Sequence record: NC_061443.1
Reading direction: 5' to 3' (one strand)
Length of the DNA stretch: 64,000 nt
Positions 18,652-28,222 of the stretch are shown here, piece after piece. Every line of letters starts with the position of its first letter. Within the stretch, counting starts at the first letter, position 1. The translations under genes and the position numbers were made by a program. Below the pieces are notes generated by a model. It saw only the letters and a list, made by a program, of their open reading frames with translations, ran no database searches and was not told the DNA's origin.

Positions 18652-20229
18652 ATGAAAAAGATTAAACACACTTTCCGTCTGACCGACTTGGTACACATCG
18701 CCAAACTTCCTGCAGGTATGTCCAAATTCCATGAAGGTTCGGATGCGATTGTTGTCGGCCGCAACGAAGATAGTGACCAGTATACCCTGCATGTTAAACA
18801 TGTCGGTGAGCTTTCTTGGTATGAAGGTAAATCGTTGACGTTGATCAGCCATAACAATGGCGAACTGCTTGACCAGTGGGAAGCGGGCGACTACGGCCGT
18901 GACAAGAAAAAGAAACGCAAGATCCCAAAAGAGCTGCGTAACTTCACGGCTATCCTGCCTGTTACCTGCAACGCCGATTGTTCGTTCTGCCCTGAGAAAG
19001 AAATGGAGCAGAAAGCCACTCAACAAGAGTGGCAAGACAATCTGATCTACAGCATCAAACGTATGACGCTGAAAACCCGATTCGACCACATATCAATCTC
19101 AGGTGGCGAGCCTTCGTTGCGTTCGAAGTTCTTGTTCGAGACTATCGACCGCATTCAGAAAGAAACGCCAATCAAGAAAGTCGGCCTGACTTCTAACGGC
19201 TTCTTCCTTGAAAAGCAAAACAGCACGTTCGACTTCTTAGATCGCAACACTACGCCTGAGATGACTAGCAAGCTGTCGCATCTGAATATCAGTATGCACT
19301 CGTTTATGCGTGAACGTGCGAACAAGATCATGGGCGTGAACTACAAACAGACGCTGGAAGATTTGGTTCGTTTCCGTCGCCAGCTGGGTCGTGATGTTAG
19401 CTTTCACATCAATTTTGTGATCAACGACAAGACTGGCTCTATTACGGAAGAGTTCAAAATGGCCGCTAACTTCATGCGAGCCAATCCGTTTATCGACGTT
19501 GTGTTCCGTGTTGACTACAACGATGTTGAACTGTCGAAAGCGTTGCGTGAATACGCTATGGAATATGAAGCGTGGCAGGAAGCAAGCCGTATCGCAATCG
19601 CAACTCGCAAGAAATGCAAAGTGAAAGAGCCTAAAGCTCCGCACATCGTTCAGAAGTTTGACCGCTACTTCGGTGGCCAGAACCTTGCAGATGTTGAAAG
19701 CGCTTGGACTACAGGCTGCCCGTCATGTTTCACCCATGCGTCGAACCCTGTCAATAACAGTCGCGCATATTTGAAAGCGTCCTCGTATGAACCGAACGAA
19801 GACGAAGAAGAATACACTGAGCTGGTGTATCACATGGACGGCACACTGTACTGGGATTGGACTCGTAATGACCCAGTGCCTGCGCCGCGTAGCAAGCGTT
19901 TTGACTTCGACATGAAAGACGAAGAAGATACGCAGCCTAAGAGCAAGAGCAAGAACAAAAAGACTGAACAAGATAAGGCGTGGGAACATGGTTCCGTAGC
20001 CGAGGCGATTAACGCCAATCGCTGCTCGTTCGGTCCTGCGGCACCTCATCATTGCTCTTACGATTCTACTGGTACTGCCGTGGCTCCGCAGACAGTCAAG
20101 CCGCAGCCTAAGACTGTTAAGGCGAAAACAGTCAAACCTTCTAAGAAAGTGAGCAAAGGTAAAGTTTCAACCACACCTGGCGGTTCCCCTGGCGTGTGTG
20201 GTTACGGTCATAGTCGTTGTGGTTACTAA
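18652..20229 (+). CDS. Radical SAM enzyme with N-terminal extra domain and Cys/Gly/aromatic C-terminal tail
   Basis: CNADCSFC (CxxxCxxC), ISGGEP, LTSNG, LNISMH; GAGG RBS before ATG 18652. Confidence 0.92.
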   Translation: MKKIKHTFRLTDLVHIAKLPAGMSKFHEGSDAIVVGRNEDSDQYTLHVKHVGELSWYEGKSLTLISHNNGELLDQWEAGDYGRDKKKKRKIPKELRNFTAILPVTCNADCSFCPEKEMEQKATQQEWQDNLIYSIKRMTLKTRFDHISISGGEPSLRSKFLFETIDRIQKETPIKKVGLTSNGFFLEKQNSTFDFLDRNTTPEMTSKLSHLNISMHSFMRERANKIMGVNYKQTLEDLVRFRRQLGRDVSFHINFVINDKTGSITEEFKMAANFMRANPFIDVVFRVDYNDVELSKALREYAMEYEAWQEASRIAIATRKKCKVKEPKAPHIVQKFDRYFGGQNLADVESAWTTGCPSCFTHASNPVNNSRAYLKASSYEPNEDEEEYTELVYHMDGTLYWDWTRNDPVPAPRSKRFDFDMKDEEDTQPKSKSKNKKTEQDKAWEHGSVAEAINANRCSFGPAAPHHCSYDSTGTAVAPQTVKPQPKTVKAKTVKPSKKVSKGKVSTTPGGSPGVCGYGHSRCGY

Positions 20230-20236
20230 GAGGAAT

Positions 20237-20797
20237 ATGAAAATGAAAAAAGAATTGAATCATGAAGGCTACTGGTACAGCACTTACGAAAAACATCTGC
20301 CTCAGCCTCTTGCGCGTGTTCGTCCATTCAAAGGTAAAGCGGAGTTTCTTGCTGCGCTTGAAGCTGTAGAGTCTAAGGCCCAGAAACGCCAGTACAAAGG
20401 CTTCTCTACTTGTCGTATTTGTGACTGTGCAAACGGTAGTGCTGACTATAACTACAAAGACTGGCAGTGGCCGTCGGGTTATTCTCACTACATCAAAAAG
20501 CATAACGTACAGCCTTCGAAAGAGTTCCATGAGTTTATCCTGGAGTGTGCTGAGACACTGCTGGGACCGACGAACAAAACAGTTGAGCCTGCGGTGACCA
20601 AGCGCGAGCTGCGCCAGCTAATGGGCGTTGTTATGGAGTATACAGGCTCCGAGAAGCATCGACTATATGCAATGCTGACCGTGAAGAAGTTGCAGCGTCA
20701 ACTTAACGGTCAGAAGATTCCAGCCTCTATCGCTGCCTTAACTGTGAAAGCAACGGAAGACGAACTTAATAAAGCGCTCAAGCGTCTGGGAGACTGA
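20237..20797 (+). CDS. conserved-type hypothetical protein (YKGFSTCRIC..NG..W.WP.G..HY..H motif), probable metal binder
   Basis: Cys/His/Trp motif recalled from uncharacterised phage and bacterial proteins. Confidence 0.75.
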   Translation: MKMKKELNHEGYWYSTYEKHLPQPLARVRPFKGKAEFLAALEAVESKAQKRQYKGFSTCRICDCANGSADYNYKDWQWPSGYSHYIKKHNVQPSKEFHEFILECAETLLGPTNKTVEPAVTKRELRQLMGVVMEYTGSEKHRLYAMLTVKKLQRQLNGQKIPASIAALTVKATEDELNKALKRLGD

Positions 20798-20798
20798 C

Positions 20799-21161
20799 AT
20801 GAAAGAACGTCGTAACTATTACTATGACAGTCCGTTCTATTACGGTCTGATCACTTGGCGCAAACGCCTGTTCATCGTCGTGGCCTTCTTTGTCTTCATC
20901 GTAATGTTCCATGCAGACAAGCCGCACGTATCAAACCATCAGTGGGTGTGGACAGCAATCATCTTTGGCTTGTTGTTCGCTCTCTGTTATATCAAGCTGC
21001 GTGTGTACGAAACGTATTTGCTTGAAGCGATGGGTCCGCTGGACAACAACACCATTATTGGTAGTTTGTCGTTTGATCGTCTTGAACGTCAGCATGAAGT
21101 CTGGTACGAAAAGAAGTTTGGTCACAAGCCACCTAAGACTAACACATGGAGCATCGACTAA
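20799..21161 (+). CDS. membrane protein, 2 TM
   Basis: Two hydrophobic stretches (LFIVVAFFVFIVMF; WVWTAIIFGLLFALCYI). Confidence 0.7.
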   Translation: MKERRNYYYDSPFYYGLITWRKRLFIVVAFFVFIVMFHADKPHVSNHQWVWTAIIFGLLFALCYIKLRVYETYLLEAMGPLDNNTIIGSLSFDRLERQHEVWYEKKFGHKPPKTNTWSID

Positions 21162-21538
21162 TGGCACTCATGTTTACTGAACGGCATCGCAAGCAGTTCG
21201 GCCGCGATAGCAGTGACCCGCAGTATCATGGCGATGCGTGTGAAGCTGTGTACAATCATGGCATGGAATTGCTGCGTGAGCATAAGCGCCTGATGTTGAT
21301 CATTGGTGCAAAGCGTAGAACGCGCATGGGAAGTAAAGCACCTCTGACCAAACGTTCACGCAAGCAGTGGATTGAAGACAAGTCACTGGCGAACGAAGAC
21401 ACACGACCAATCGCTATGTTGATTGCTCGATTCAAAGAAGTGTCTGTGCTGTTAAAGCTGGCCCGTATGAATTACACCGACCTGCACACTTTGCGTCACG
21501 GCATTCGTCGTCCAAGCTACTTCCACTGGAGAGACTAA
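21161..21538 (+). CDS. hypothetical basic protein
   Basis: TAATG coupling. Confidence 0.65.
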   Translation: MALMFTERHRKQFGRDSSDPQYHGDACEAVYNHGMELLREHKRLMLIIGAKRRTRMGSKAPLTKRSRKQWIEDKSLANEDTRPIAMLIARFKEVSVLLKLARMNYTDLHTLRHGIRRPSYFHWRD

Positions 21539-21539
21539 C

Positions 21540-22115
21540 ATGGAAAAGAAATTCTGCAAACTGGCGCACATTGGCGCTGATGTGATCATGCCAGCTATCC
21601 TGTACGCACTGAATAGAAAGATGCAGGCAGGCATTCAAGTAGATCTGGCCGAAGCGTACACCTTGCTTAACGATACTCAAGCCGTGTATCTCACTATCGC
21701 AAGCGGGCAGCCAGATCGTTACTACACGCAACTTGAGCCTACCATTCGAGCGCTCCTTGTGAAGTATGAGATACAGTGGGCGCTTGACCGTGATGCGTTG
21801 GCGAAATACTGTCAATCGTATATGAAGCGTAAAGGTTTCACTCACGTTGAAGACGATGTGTATTCATATCCAGAAGTTGTCGCGTATAACAATTACGACC
21901 GCGTGTTCATACGTGCTCTGATTGGTACGCCTGAATACAACCCACTGGAAGCTGCTATCCAAGACGAGATGGACGTCGCGGCTGAGATGGACGTGATTGA
22001 TAAGAAACTCGACCGCATAGAGGAAGGCTGCTGCTCTGAGTGCGGCACAAAACTCGATCCCGATATTGATGGTCCGTTCATGTGCTTGGCATGTGACGAG
22101 GACGATGGAGAATAA
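21540..22115 (+). CDS. hypothetical protein with C-terminal Cys4 zinc ribbon
   Basis: CSECGTKLDPDIDGPFMCLAC. Confidence 0.75.
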   Translation: MEKKFCKLAHIGADVIMPAILYALNRKMQAGIQVDLAEAYTLLNDTQAVYLTIASGQPDRYYTQLEPTIRALLVKYEIQWALDRDALAKYCQSYMKRKGFTHVEDDVYSYPEVVAYNNYDRVFIRALIGTPEYNPLEAAIQDEMDVAAEMDVIDKKLDRIEEGCCSECGTKLDPDIDGPFMCLACDEDDGE

Positions 22116-22117
22116 AA

Positions 22118-22381
22118 ATGGCTGTAGGCTTCGTAAAAGATGATGGCGTTAACGACACCATCGAAGCTAACCTGAACAACGAGATTGACCGCGCCCGTGC
22201 AGAGCTGTTGGGTAAGGGCACTACGCATTGCGTTAACCCTGATTGCGGTGCAGAGATTCCTCTCATGCGCCGTGTAGCTATGCCGAATGCACGTTACTGT
22301 GTTACCTGTCAATCAAGCCACGATGGTTCGGCTGTTAGCCACTATAATCGTCGTGGTTCAAAAGATTCTCAACTGAGGTAA
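22118..22381 (+). CDS. DksA/TraR family C4 zinc-finger protein
   Basis: CVNPDCGAEIPLMRRVAMPNARYCVTCQ plus N-terminal D..I helix typical of TraR/YbiI-like proteins. Confidence 0.88.
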   Translation: MAVGFVKDDGVNDTIEANLNNEIDRARAELLGKGTTHCVNPDCGAEIPLMRRVAMPNARYCVTCQSSHDGSAVSHYNRRGSKDSQLR

Positions 22382-22385
22382 GATT

Positions 22386-22703
22386 ATGCTGCGTAAACTT
22401 TGGGTAGCAATGGGTTTCATGTTCCCTACTGTTAGGGATGCGCTGAATAGCGGCGCACACTGTACTCGCATTGGATATCGTAACTATTGTGTTCGAAGCT
22501 CTGGTGGTTTTGCCGAAGCCTTCTCTGACCACTTGATTCAGTATCGTGGAAGCTCAATGTCTCTTGCACGGAATGAAGACAGGCACGAAGACGTGCTGAA
22601 TAAAGCGCGCCATTTGGAATATCCGTGCGTCATCTATTTCAACGACAACACGTTCAACTCTATTCCTGTAGAAGAACCTCATATAAGGTACCCTGCGCCA
22701 TGA
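22386..22703 (+). CDS. hypothetical protein
   Basis: GAGGT RBS. Confidence 0.65.
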   Translation: MLRKLWVAMGFMFPTVRDALNSGAHCTRIGYRNYCVRSSGGFAEAFSDHLIQYRGSSMSLARNEDRHEDVLNKARHLEYPCVIYFNDNTFNSIPVEEPHIRYPAP

Positions 22704-22719
22704 AACCTAACTTAGGAGT

Positions 22720-22962
22720 GTGATCATGACTGACGAAGAATATCAACGCTTCCTCCAGCGTATAGCTGAACGCGGTGCCTCGCGTATGACTCCAGAAGAG
22801 ATGGAGAGTCTGCACTTCAAAGCAAGGGTCGGTCAGACGCAGCGCCCTATGCCTGATTCTCACACTATGCCTGACCCGAAATTCGATACGCACAAGATTG
22901 ACCCGAGCACTGATATGATTGTCGGGGATATCAAACACCACTTTCCGCCGAAAGGTAATTGA
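22720..22962 (+). CDS. hypothetical protein (start 22720 or 22726)
   Basis: AGGAG RBS. Confidence 0.65.
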   Translation: MIMTDEEYQRFLQRIAERGASRMTPEEMESLHFKARVGQTQRPMPDSHTMPDPKFDTHKIDPSTDMIVGDIKHHFPPKGN

Positions 22963-22963
22963 A

Positions 22964-23092
22964 ATGTCAGAACCGTATTCTAAATGTGAAGACTGCCGTA
23001 CACCTCTGAACGAGGGTGAAGTGTATGGTGAGTGGGATGACCTGTGTGAGAACTGTTGCGCTGATCGTGAGGACGAAGGAGAGTCAACGTGA
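22964..23092 (+). CDS. 42-aa acidic zinc-ribbon microprotein (below ORF-track cutoff)
   Basis: My translation MSEPYSKCEDCRTPLNEGEVYGEWDDLCENCCADREDEGEST; AAGG RBS; fills the gap and its TGA overlaps the next GTG. Confidence 0.75.
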   Translation: MSEPYSKCEDCRTPLNEGEVYGEWDDLCENCCADREDEGEST

Positions 23093-23424
23093 AGAAGGTA
23101 ACTAATGCTGTAAATGCAGTGCATGGTAAGCGTGTCATCCCAATCTTCTTCGACGACAAAGCCACGCCGTATATCGGTAAAGCATTCTGGGACAGCCTGT
23201 GCTTGCGTGACGACCTGTTCAAAGAACCTGAAACGCAACAGGTCTTGCATGAAGATGAACGCGTGAACAGAACCGAGTTCGTCCGCGTGTCTACTTTCCC
23301 TGATGTGATCAGCGCACTGCACCACTGCCGCAACTACATCCGTTACTTTGAGTATATCAGTGACGAAGACATTGACGACCTGAGTGAAGCTCTTAGCCAC
23401 TGGGTAAAAGAGGAAGCATCCTAA
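23089..23424 (+). CDS. hypothetical protein
   Basis: GTG start with AAGGAG RBS. Confidence 0.7.
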   Translation: MKKVTNAVNAVHGKRVIPIFFDDKATPYIGKAFWDSLCLRDDLFKEPETQQVLHEDERVNRTEFVRVSTFPDVISALHHCRNYIRYFEYISDEDIDDLSEALSHWVKEEAS

Positions 23425-24143
23425 TGGAACACGAAAAGCATTTAGAAGCAATCAAGCAAATCACCGTCAACCAGATTCAATCGTTCAGCTACGTGGCCGC
23501 AATCATTCACACGCAGGCCGGTAGTCAACCCGAAGTTCTGTCAGAAGTATGGCAGCGTCATATGTGTGCTACGCTCGGTCTGACTTATGAACACTGGACG
23601 TATTACAATGAGCTGGCTAACTACATGGAACTGGGTATGGTTCCTTACATGCCTGTGCTGCAAGTTGCCGTCACTGCATTCGTTGGTGCAGACGTTCGTG
23701 AGACACTGGCCCGCTTCTCGCATCTCGATAAAGAGCTGGTAGTGTCTGCATATGAAGTAGGTAACGAGTGGTTGCTGGACAATCATCGTCTAATCTGCAC
23801 CTGTCGTGCAATCGACGCGCTGATCAGTCTGTACTCTACGCACAAGCTGGAGATAGACGAACAGGAAGAGAGTCGCTGCATCGCCTACCCTGGGATGCCG
23901 AACATGCCGCATCAGTTTGTTGAGATGTACAAACTGATCGAAGAAGCGCGTATGAGTGTAGACGGTCACTGGCGCTCACCTCTGCGTTACTTCCATTCCA
24001 GAGAACGTGACTATCTCTGGAACTATCCGCCGAACATGTCCAGTATGCAGAACGTGATCATTCAGACAGACGCAGGTACTATCTATCTGACTGGTGCACC
24101 TAAACGCGGCGATACTAACGCTAACCACCTGCGTTCTGTGTGA
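23424..24143 (+). CDS. hypothetical protein
   Basis: TAATG coupling; 239 aa. Confidence 0.8.
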   Translation: MEHEKHLEAIKQITVNQIQSFSYVAAIIHTQAGSQPEVLSEVWQRHMCATLGLTYEHWTYYNELANYMELGMVPYMPVLQVAVTAFVGADVRETLARFSHLDKELVVSAYEVGNEWLLDNHRLICTCRAIDALISLYSTHKLEIDEQEESRCIAYPGMPNMPHQFVEMYKLIEEARMSVDGHWRSPLRYFHSRERDYLWNYPPNMSSMQNVIIQTDAGTIYLTGAPKRGDTNANHLRSV

Positions 24144-24184
24144 ACTGTAAACCTATAACATCAACCTGATTGAGGTATTGAGAC

Positions 24185-24553
24185 ATGATTAAGAAAGTGA
24201 CAGCGTTCATCGCTAAAGATGAAATGACCGTAGAGCAAATGGCAGAGAAACTCAACCTGTCCAATTACAATGCGATTCATCGTGGTGGCTACACGGTAGT
24301 TTGTGGTACTGATGGTCAAGGTGATCGTATCAGCTTGGTTTGCGGTCCGTACGTGTTGCAGCAAAGTCTTTGGGGAGTTCAGAAGATGCTGGATGCAGGG
24401 TTCAGTGAGACTGACGCGCTGCTTGCTCTCGGCCTGACTCGTCATGCTTACACCGCCCTCAAGAAGAAAGAGCGTGAACAAAAGAAAGCTGCTGAGCAAG
24501 CCGCTAAACAACAACCACGACGTGGTTCTGCCTTATCTCTTGATGACCTCTAA
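24185..24553 (+). CDS. hypothetical protein, possible HTH and coiled-coil tail
   Basis: GAGGT RBS; GFSETDALLALGLTRHAY helix pair. Confidence 0.7.
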   Translation: MIKKVTAFIAKDEMTVEQMAEKLNLSNYNAIHRGGYTVVCGTDGQGDRISLVCGPYVLQQSLWGVQKMLDAGFSETDALLALGLTRHAYTALKKKEREQKKAAEQAAKQQPRRGSALSLDDL

Positions 24554-24563
24554 GGAAACAGCA

Positions 24564-25073
24564 ATGAAACAGTTATTCGTAGGTAGCCATCCAAACGTTG
24601 TTAAGTTCTCTGACCTTGACGGACGTGATCGCGTCTGTGAGATTCGTGTTATGATCGCTGCGGCGTACACTGTGTTGCGCGATGCTATCGGCGAGCAAGC
24701 TAAGATCGAAAGCAATACCTTCCACGGTCCGTGGCTTGTGTTCCGTAATCTCATGAATGAACACCCTGCTGCCTGTCTTGAGGAGTATCGCCACGCTTCG
24801 ATTTATTTCGACGCTGACACAGAAGGCAAGATCACTGAAATCTGCGAACTGATTGAACAGCACATCGAACTGACCAGAGAGTCACTCGACTTGCGCGGTA
24901 CGTATAAACATCAGGCTGATGCTATGATCGGTATCGCAAGCACCGCTGGTAAAATGGAAACGACCGTATTGCAGGGAGCTGGCAAGACACGCGGCTCTGA
25001 CCCAAGCCAGAACTTCGATTTTGATATCGGCGATGACCCGGCGGCTGGCGATGAAAACTATGCGTTTCGTTAA
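24564..25073 (+). CDS. hypothetical protein with NFDFD acidic tail
   Basis: AAGGA RBS before ATG 24564. Confidence 0.75.
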   Translation: MKQLFVGSHPNVVKFSDLDGRDRVCEIRVMIAAAYTVLRDAIGEQAKIESNTFHGPWLVFRNLMNEHPAACLEEYRHASIYFDADTEGKITEICELIEQHIELTRESLDLRGTYKHQADAMIGIASTAGKMETTVLQGAGKTRGSDPSQNFDFDIGDDPAAGDENYAFR

Positions 25074-25257
25074 ACTCTACTGGCGTGAGGCGATGATACT
25101 GACTGTGTTGGTCGTCATCGCTTTCGCTCTCCCTTTCTTCGAAGTACGCAACCCGACGTTGGTAATGCTTGTCGCTGTTATCGTCGCTGCGTATTTTATT
25201 GCTACTTGGGCATGTAAGCCTGTATATGGATCAGACGACGATGAAAAAGAAAAATGA
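25060..25257 (+). CDS. small membrane protein, 2 TM
   Basis: Two hydrophobic helices. Confidence 0.6.
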   Translation: MRFVKLYWREAMILTVLVVIAFALPFFEVRNPTLVMLVAVIVAAYFIATWACKPVYGSDDDEKEK

Positions 25258-25795
25258 AATCAAATTGAGCGATGCCGATATTTCGACAGGTATCGTCTGC
25301 ATTAATGAAGCTCTGGCGAAACATGGCTTGTCCTGTGCATTAGGTGATGTGGGATACGAAACTGTGTACACTGACGACCACGGTGAAACACAGGGTGGTT
25401 GGTATGCAGAGTTTGATAAGAAGTCCCGTGAGAAGCTGCGGGAATCTAAACAAGTGTCATGGCGCAACACGGGTATGTTGAGCGGTGATACGATTGACAG
25501 CATCCTGCGCACAATCGCAAGTCTCAAGTTCCGCAATCACGCTAAAGAGCCTACGCCGTTGCAGTTGAAAAAGGCTGAGACAGCTCTGAGCAAAGAAGAA
25601 GCTACTAAGAAAGCGCTGGACGTCTATAACTCGGCACTTCCTCTGTCTGACGCGGATCTAAAGCTGTGTATCGATCACTTCCGTACGCTGGAGAAGATGA
25701 TTCGAATCGACCCTATGTTGAAGCTCGCACAGCCTTACGTTGTGAACAATCTATATCAACTCGAAAACTATTTACACGCACGTAAGTGTAAGTAA
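25241..25795 (+). CDS. hypothetical protein
   Basis: Long ORF; hairpin 25801-25825 follows. Confidence 0.7.
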   Translation: MKKKNEIKLSDADISTGIVCINEALAKHGLSCALGDVGYETVYTDDHGETQGGWYAEFDKKSREKLRESKQVSWRNTGMLSGDTIDSILRTIASLKFRNHAKEPTPLQLKKAETALSKEEATKKALDVYNSALPLSDADLKLCIDHFRTLEKMIRIDPMLKLAQPYVVNNLYQLENYLHARKCK

Positions 25796-25849
25796 ACAAT
25801 AGGGAGGTCCTTAACGGGATCTCCCTATGTCATTTCTGGAGTAAATTTT

Positions 25850-26830
25850 ATGCGATTCGGATTCGCCTGCAAACTGATTGAACCGAACGGTAAGCAGCCC
25901 TACACAAATAAGAGCCTGAGCTATAAGCACTTCTCTGCGTTGTCTGCGCCTGACCAGCACGGTAAACTCTTGGACGTTGTTACGCACAATCTGACTTCAT
26001 TGCTCAACATGATAAAGCACGTTGGCAGACTGCGTACCGATATGCGTATGTTCCGAATCACAAGTGAGTTGCTTCCACTGTATACTCACCCTAAGGTGTT
26101 TCACATGTACCTACGCCACGATATCGCGGCACTGGTTGAATCGTTACTTGCCTTATGTGGTGCAGAGGCTCGACGACGTGATGTGCGACTTTCGTTTCAC
26201 CCAGGACAATTCACGGTGCTCGCATCTGATCGACCTGACGTTGTTCAGAACTCGATTGCCGAACTTGAGTACCATGCGTACTGCGCCTATCACATGGGAT
26301 ATGGCAGACGCTTTCAAGACTTCAAGATCAACATTCACCTGAGTGGTAGACTCGGTGCTACGGGATTTAGAACAGCCTTTAGCAAACTCTCTGACCGCTG
26401 CCGTTTGATGCTGACCGTGGAGAATGATGAAATCACTTCGAGCGTCGAGGACTGCTTAACGTTATCCGACATATGCCCTATAGTGTTGGACATTCATCAC
26501 CACTGGGTAATGACTAACGAATACATACGACCAGAAGATGATCGTGTCCAGAGAGTTATAGACTCTTGGAGAGGCGTTCGACCTGTCGCGCATTACTCTG
26601 TGTCTCGACCTGAGTTCGTTAAGTCTCGTGGACTGCCTGATCAAAACAAGCTGTCTGCTAATCGTATGCAGTTACGAGCACACTCTGATTACTATCACAA
26701 TGAAGACGTAAACGAGTGGGCGCTTTCGTTCACTGCTTTTGACCTAATGTGCGAGTCAAAAGCGAAGAATCTAGCTAGATCGAAATTGGCATGTTTTAGC
26801 CTCAACTCTGCAAATAACTGGACAAAATAA
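25850..26830 (+). CDS. uvsE: UV damage endonuclease (UvsE/UvdE)
   Basis: MRFGFACK, MFRITSE, RLSFHPGQF.VL.S, INIH, LTVENDE, VLDIHHH, HSDY, MCESKAK. Confidence 0.95.
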   Translation: MRFGFACKLIEPNGKQPYTNKSLSYKHFSALSAPDQHGKLLDVVTHNLTSLLNMIKHVGRLRTDMRMFRITSELLPLYTHPKVFHMYLRHDIAALVESLLALCGAEARRRDVRLSFHPGQFTVLASDRPDVVQNSIAELEYHAYCAYHMGYGRRFQDFKINIHLSGRLGATGFRTAFSKLSDRCRLMLTVENDEITSSVEDCLTLSDICPIVLDIHHHWVMTNEYIRPEDDRVQRVIDSWRGVRPVAHYSVSRPEFVKSRGLPDQNKLSANRMQLRAHSDYYHNEDVNEWALSFTAFDLMCESKAKNLARSKLACFSLNSANNWTK

Positions 26831-26863
26831 GGCTTGTTTCTGTAGGTAGCCCTGTGATACACT
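26804..26863 (+). promoter_or_regulatory. Class-1 phage promoter
   Basis: AACTCTGCAAATAACTGGACAAAAT..TTGTTT..TGaTACACT, spacing 37. Confidence 0.8.
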
Positions 26864-26914
26864 AGATATGAGCAATATCGCTCGCTTATAACTAGACTGA
26901 CTGAGGAAATCGCA

Positions 26915-27208
26915 ATGTTCACAACTACCCTCTCAACACGGAAGCCTGCTATCAACATGTCCTATTCGAACGGCAACGCATATGCACCACGCAATCGTAT
27001 CTCGTGTGTTTGGCCTGGCGCTTTGGACGTTCCTGCTCCAATCAAACGCTGGTGCCGTGCCCATGAAATCATTATTGACCTCGACGCCTACATGCGCGTT
27101 CGTTTTCGTGGTCGTCGTCCTGACATTCTGCTTTTGATTGCAGAACAGATCGCGCCGAACAATCCTGACCTTGCCGGTCGAATCTTTGCAACTATCACTG
27201 AGGCTTAA
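26915..27208 (+). CDS. hypothetical early protein
   Basis: GAGGA RBS after promoter. Confidence 0.7.
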   Translation: MFTTTLSTRKPAINMSYSNGNAYAPRNRISCVWPGALDVPAPIKRWCRAHEIIIDLDAYMRVRFRGRRPDILLLIAEQIAPNNPDLAGRIFATITEA

Positions 27209-27209
27209 A

Positions 27210-27473
27210 ATGAAAGTTCAATCTATGGAAGCTGTATATGGTGCTCAATACACCAACTCTCCTATGACGGAGAAACGCGGCTTTCGTTCTATCGAATCGC
27301 AGTATGTCGATGGAACGGAGGTTAGATTACAACGGCTATCGCATGATATACATGAACGTGTGATTGTGGGCTATGACCGTCTTGGTCGTGCTGTGTACGG
27401 GACATTCGTACCGCAAACAACGTTCGAAGTGCGTGACAGCAAGGAAAGCGAACCGAATAAGACGGCGCCCTAG
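27210..27473 (+). CDS. hypothetical protein
   Basis: GAGG RBS before ATG 27210. Confidence 0.6.
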   Translation: MKVQSMEAVYGAQYTNSPMTEKRGFRSIESQYVDGTEVRLQRLSHDIHERVIVGYDRLGRAVYGTFVPQTTFEVRDSKESEPNKTAP

Positions 27474-27544
27474 CAAGCTCACAACCAGAAGCCATAGAAT
27501 AACAATACCAATTCATGCGCTTACCTATCGTGGGGTGTCTTAAA

Positions 27545-27922
27545 ATGATCGTTATATGTAATAGCTCGAAAGAATTTTCAGCCGACCGTTTGGCTCATGG
27601 TGACGCTTTTGTTTTTGGGAAGACACGCATGTTGTTACGTGCTGACTTCATCGTCCTGACCGACAAGAACAATAACGTTTTCGTAGTACGCAAATCTGAT
27701 GTTGTTTGGTCTCCCGAGCTTACGGGCGCAACGCATGTGATTAAAATCCGGGCGTATGCCCAGGTTAAGCCGTTTGAACTCAACGCAGCATGTCCTCAGT
27801 TTAACAGTCGTGTGTTTGGGACAATCGCGTTCCGTAACCCACACTTCGAGCACCGTCTTGGTAGCTTGAAATATACAGAGACAATCTTCGGAGGTTTACA
27901 TGGCACGGTATCATGTGTTTAG
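27545..27922 (+). CDS. hypothetical protein
   Basis: GGGGTG RBS before ATG 27545. Confidence 0.6.
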   Translation: MIVICNSSKEFSADRLAHGDAFVFGKTRMLLRADFIVLTDKNNNVFVVRKSDVVWSPELTGATHVIKIRAYAQVKPFELNAACPQFNSRVFGTIAFRNPHFEHRLGSLKYTETIFGGLHGTVSCV

Positions 27923-28151
27923 TGCGACTCATAAATACTACGGCGAAGCATATGAAGGGACTTGGCTGAAAGAGGTAACTCTTAACGGTCATCAAGTCCT
28001 CAACGCAGAGTTCCCCAACTTCGAATCGGCAAAAGAGTGTGCCGACAAGTTGCATGAGGTTTGCGATATTGGGTGGATCGTGTATAACGCTTTCTCTGAA
28101 CGCGCTATGTACGATACCCGTACTGAACAAGGCGAGTCTGTAAACAACTAA
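27900..28151 (+). CDS. hypothetical protein
   Basis: GGAGGT RBS. Confidence 0.7.
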   Translation: MARYHVFSATHKYYGEAYEGTWLKEVTLNGHQVLNAEFPNFESAKECADKLHEVCDIGWIVYNAFSERAMYDTRTEQGESVNN

Positions 28152-28222
28152 CAGGCCCGCCTGTAAATCCCTAATCGTGATGCTTACGGGCTTCACACAA
28201 ATACACAATACGAGGCTATAAA

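Noticed and set aside
18652-20229. Calling the radical SAM enzyme viperin, QueE, NrdG or MoaA
   Set aside because: Only generic radical SAM motifs are visible; subfamily signatures cannot be confirmed by eye
22660-23451. 263-aa minus-strand ORF
   Set aside because: Overlaps three well-supported coupled + strand genes; no RBS or motif
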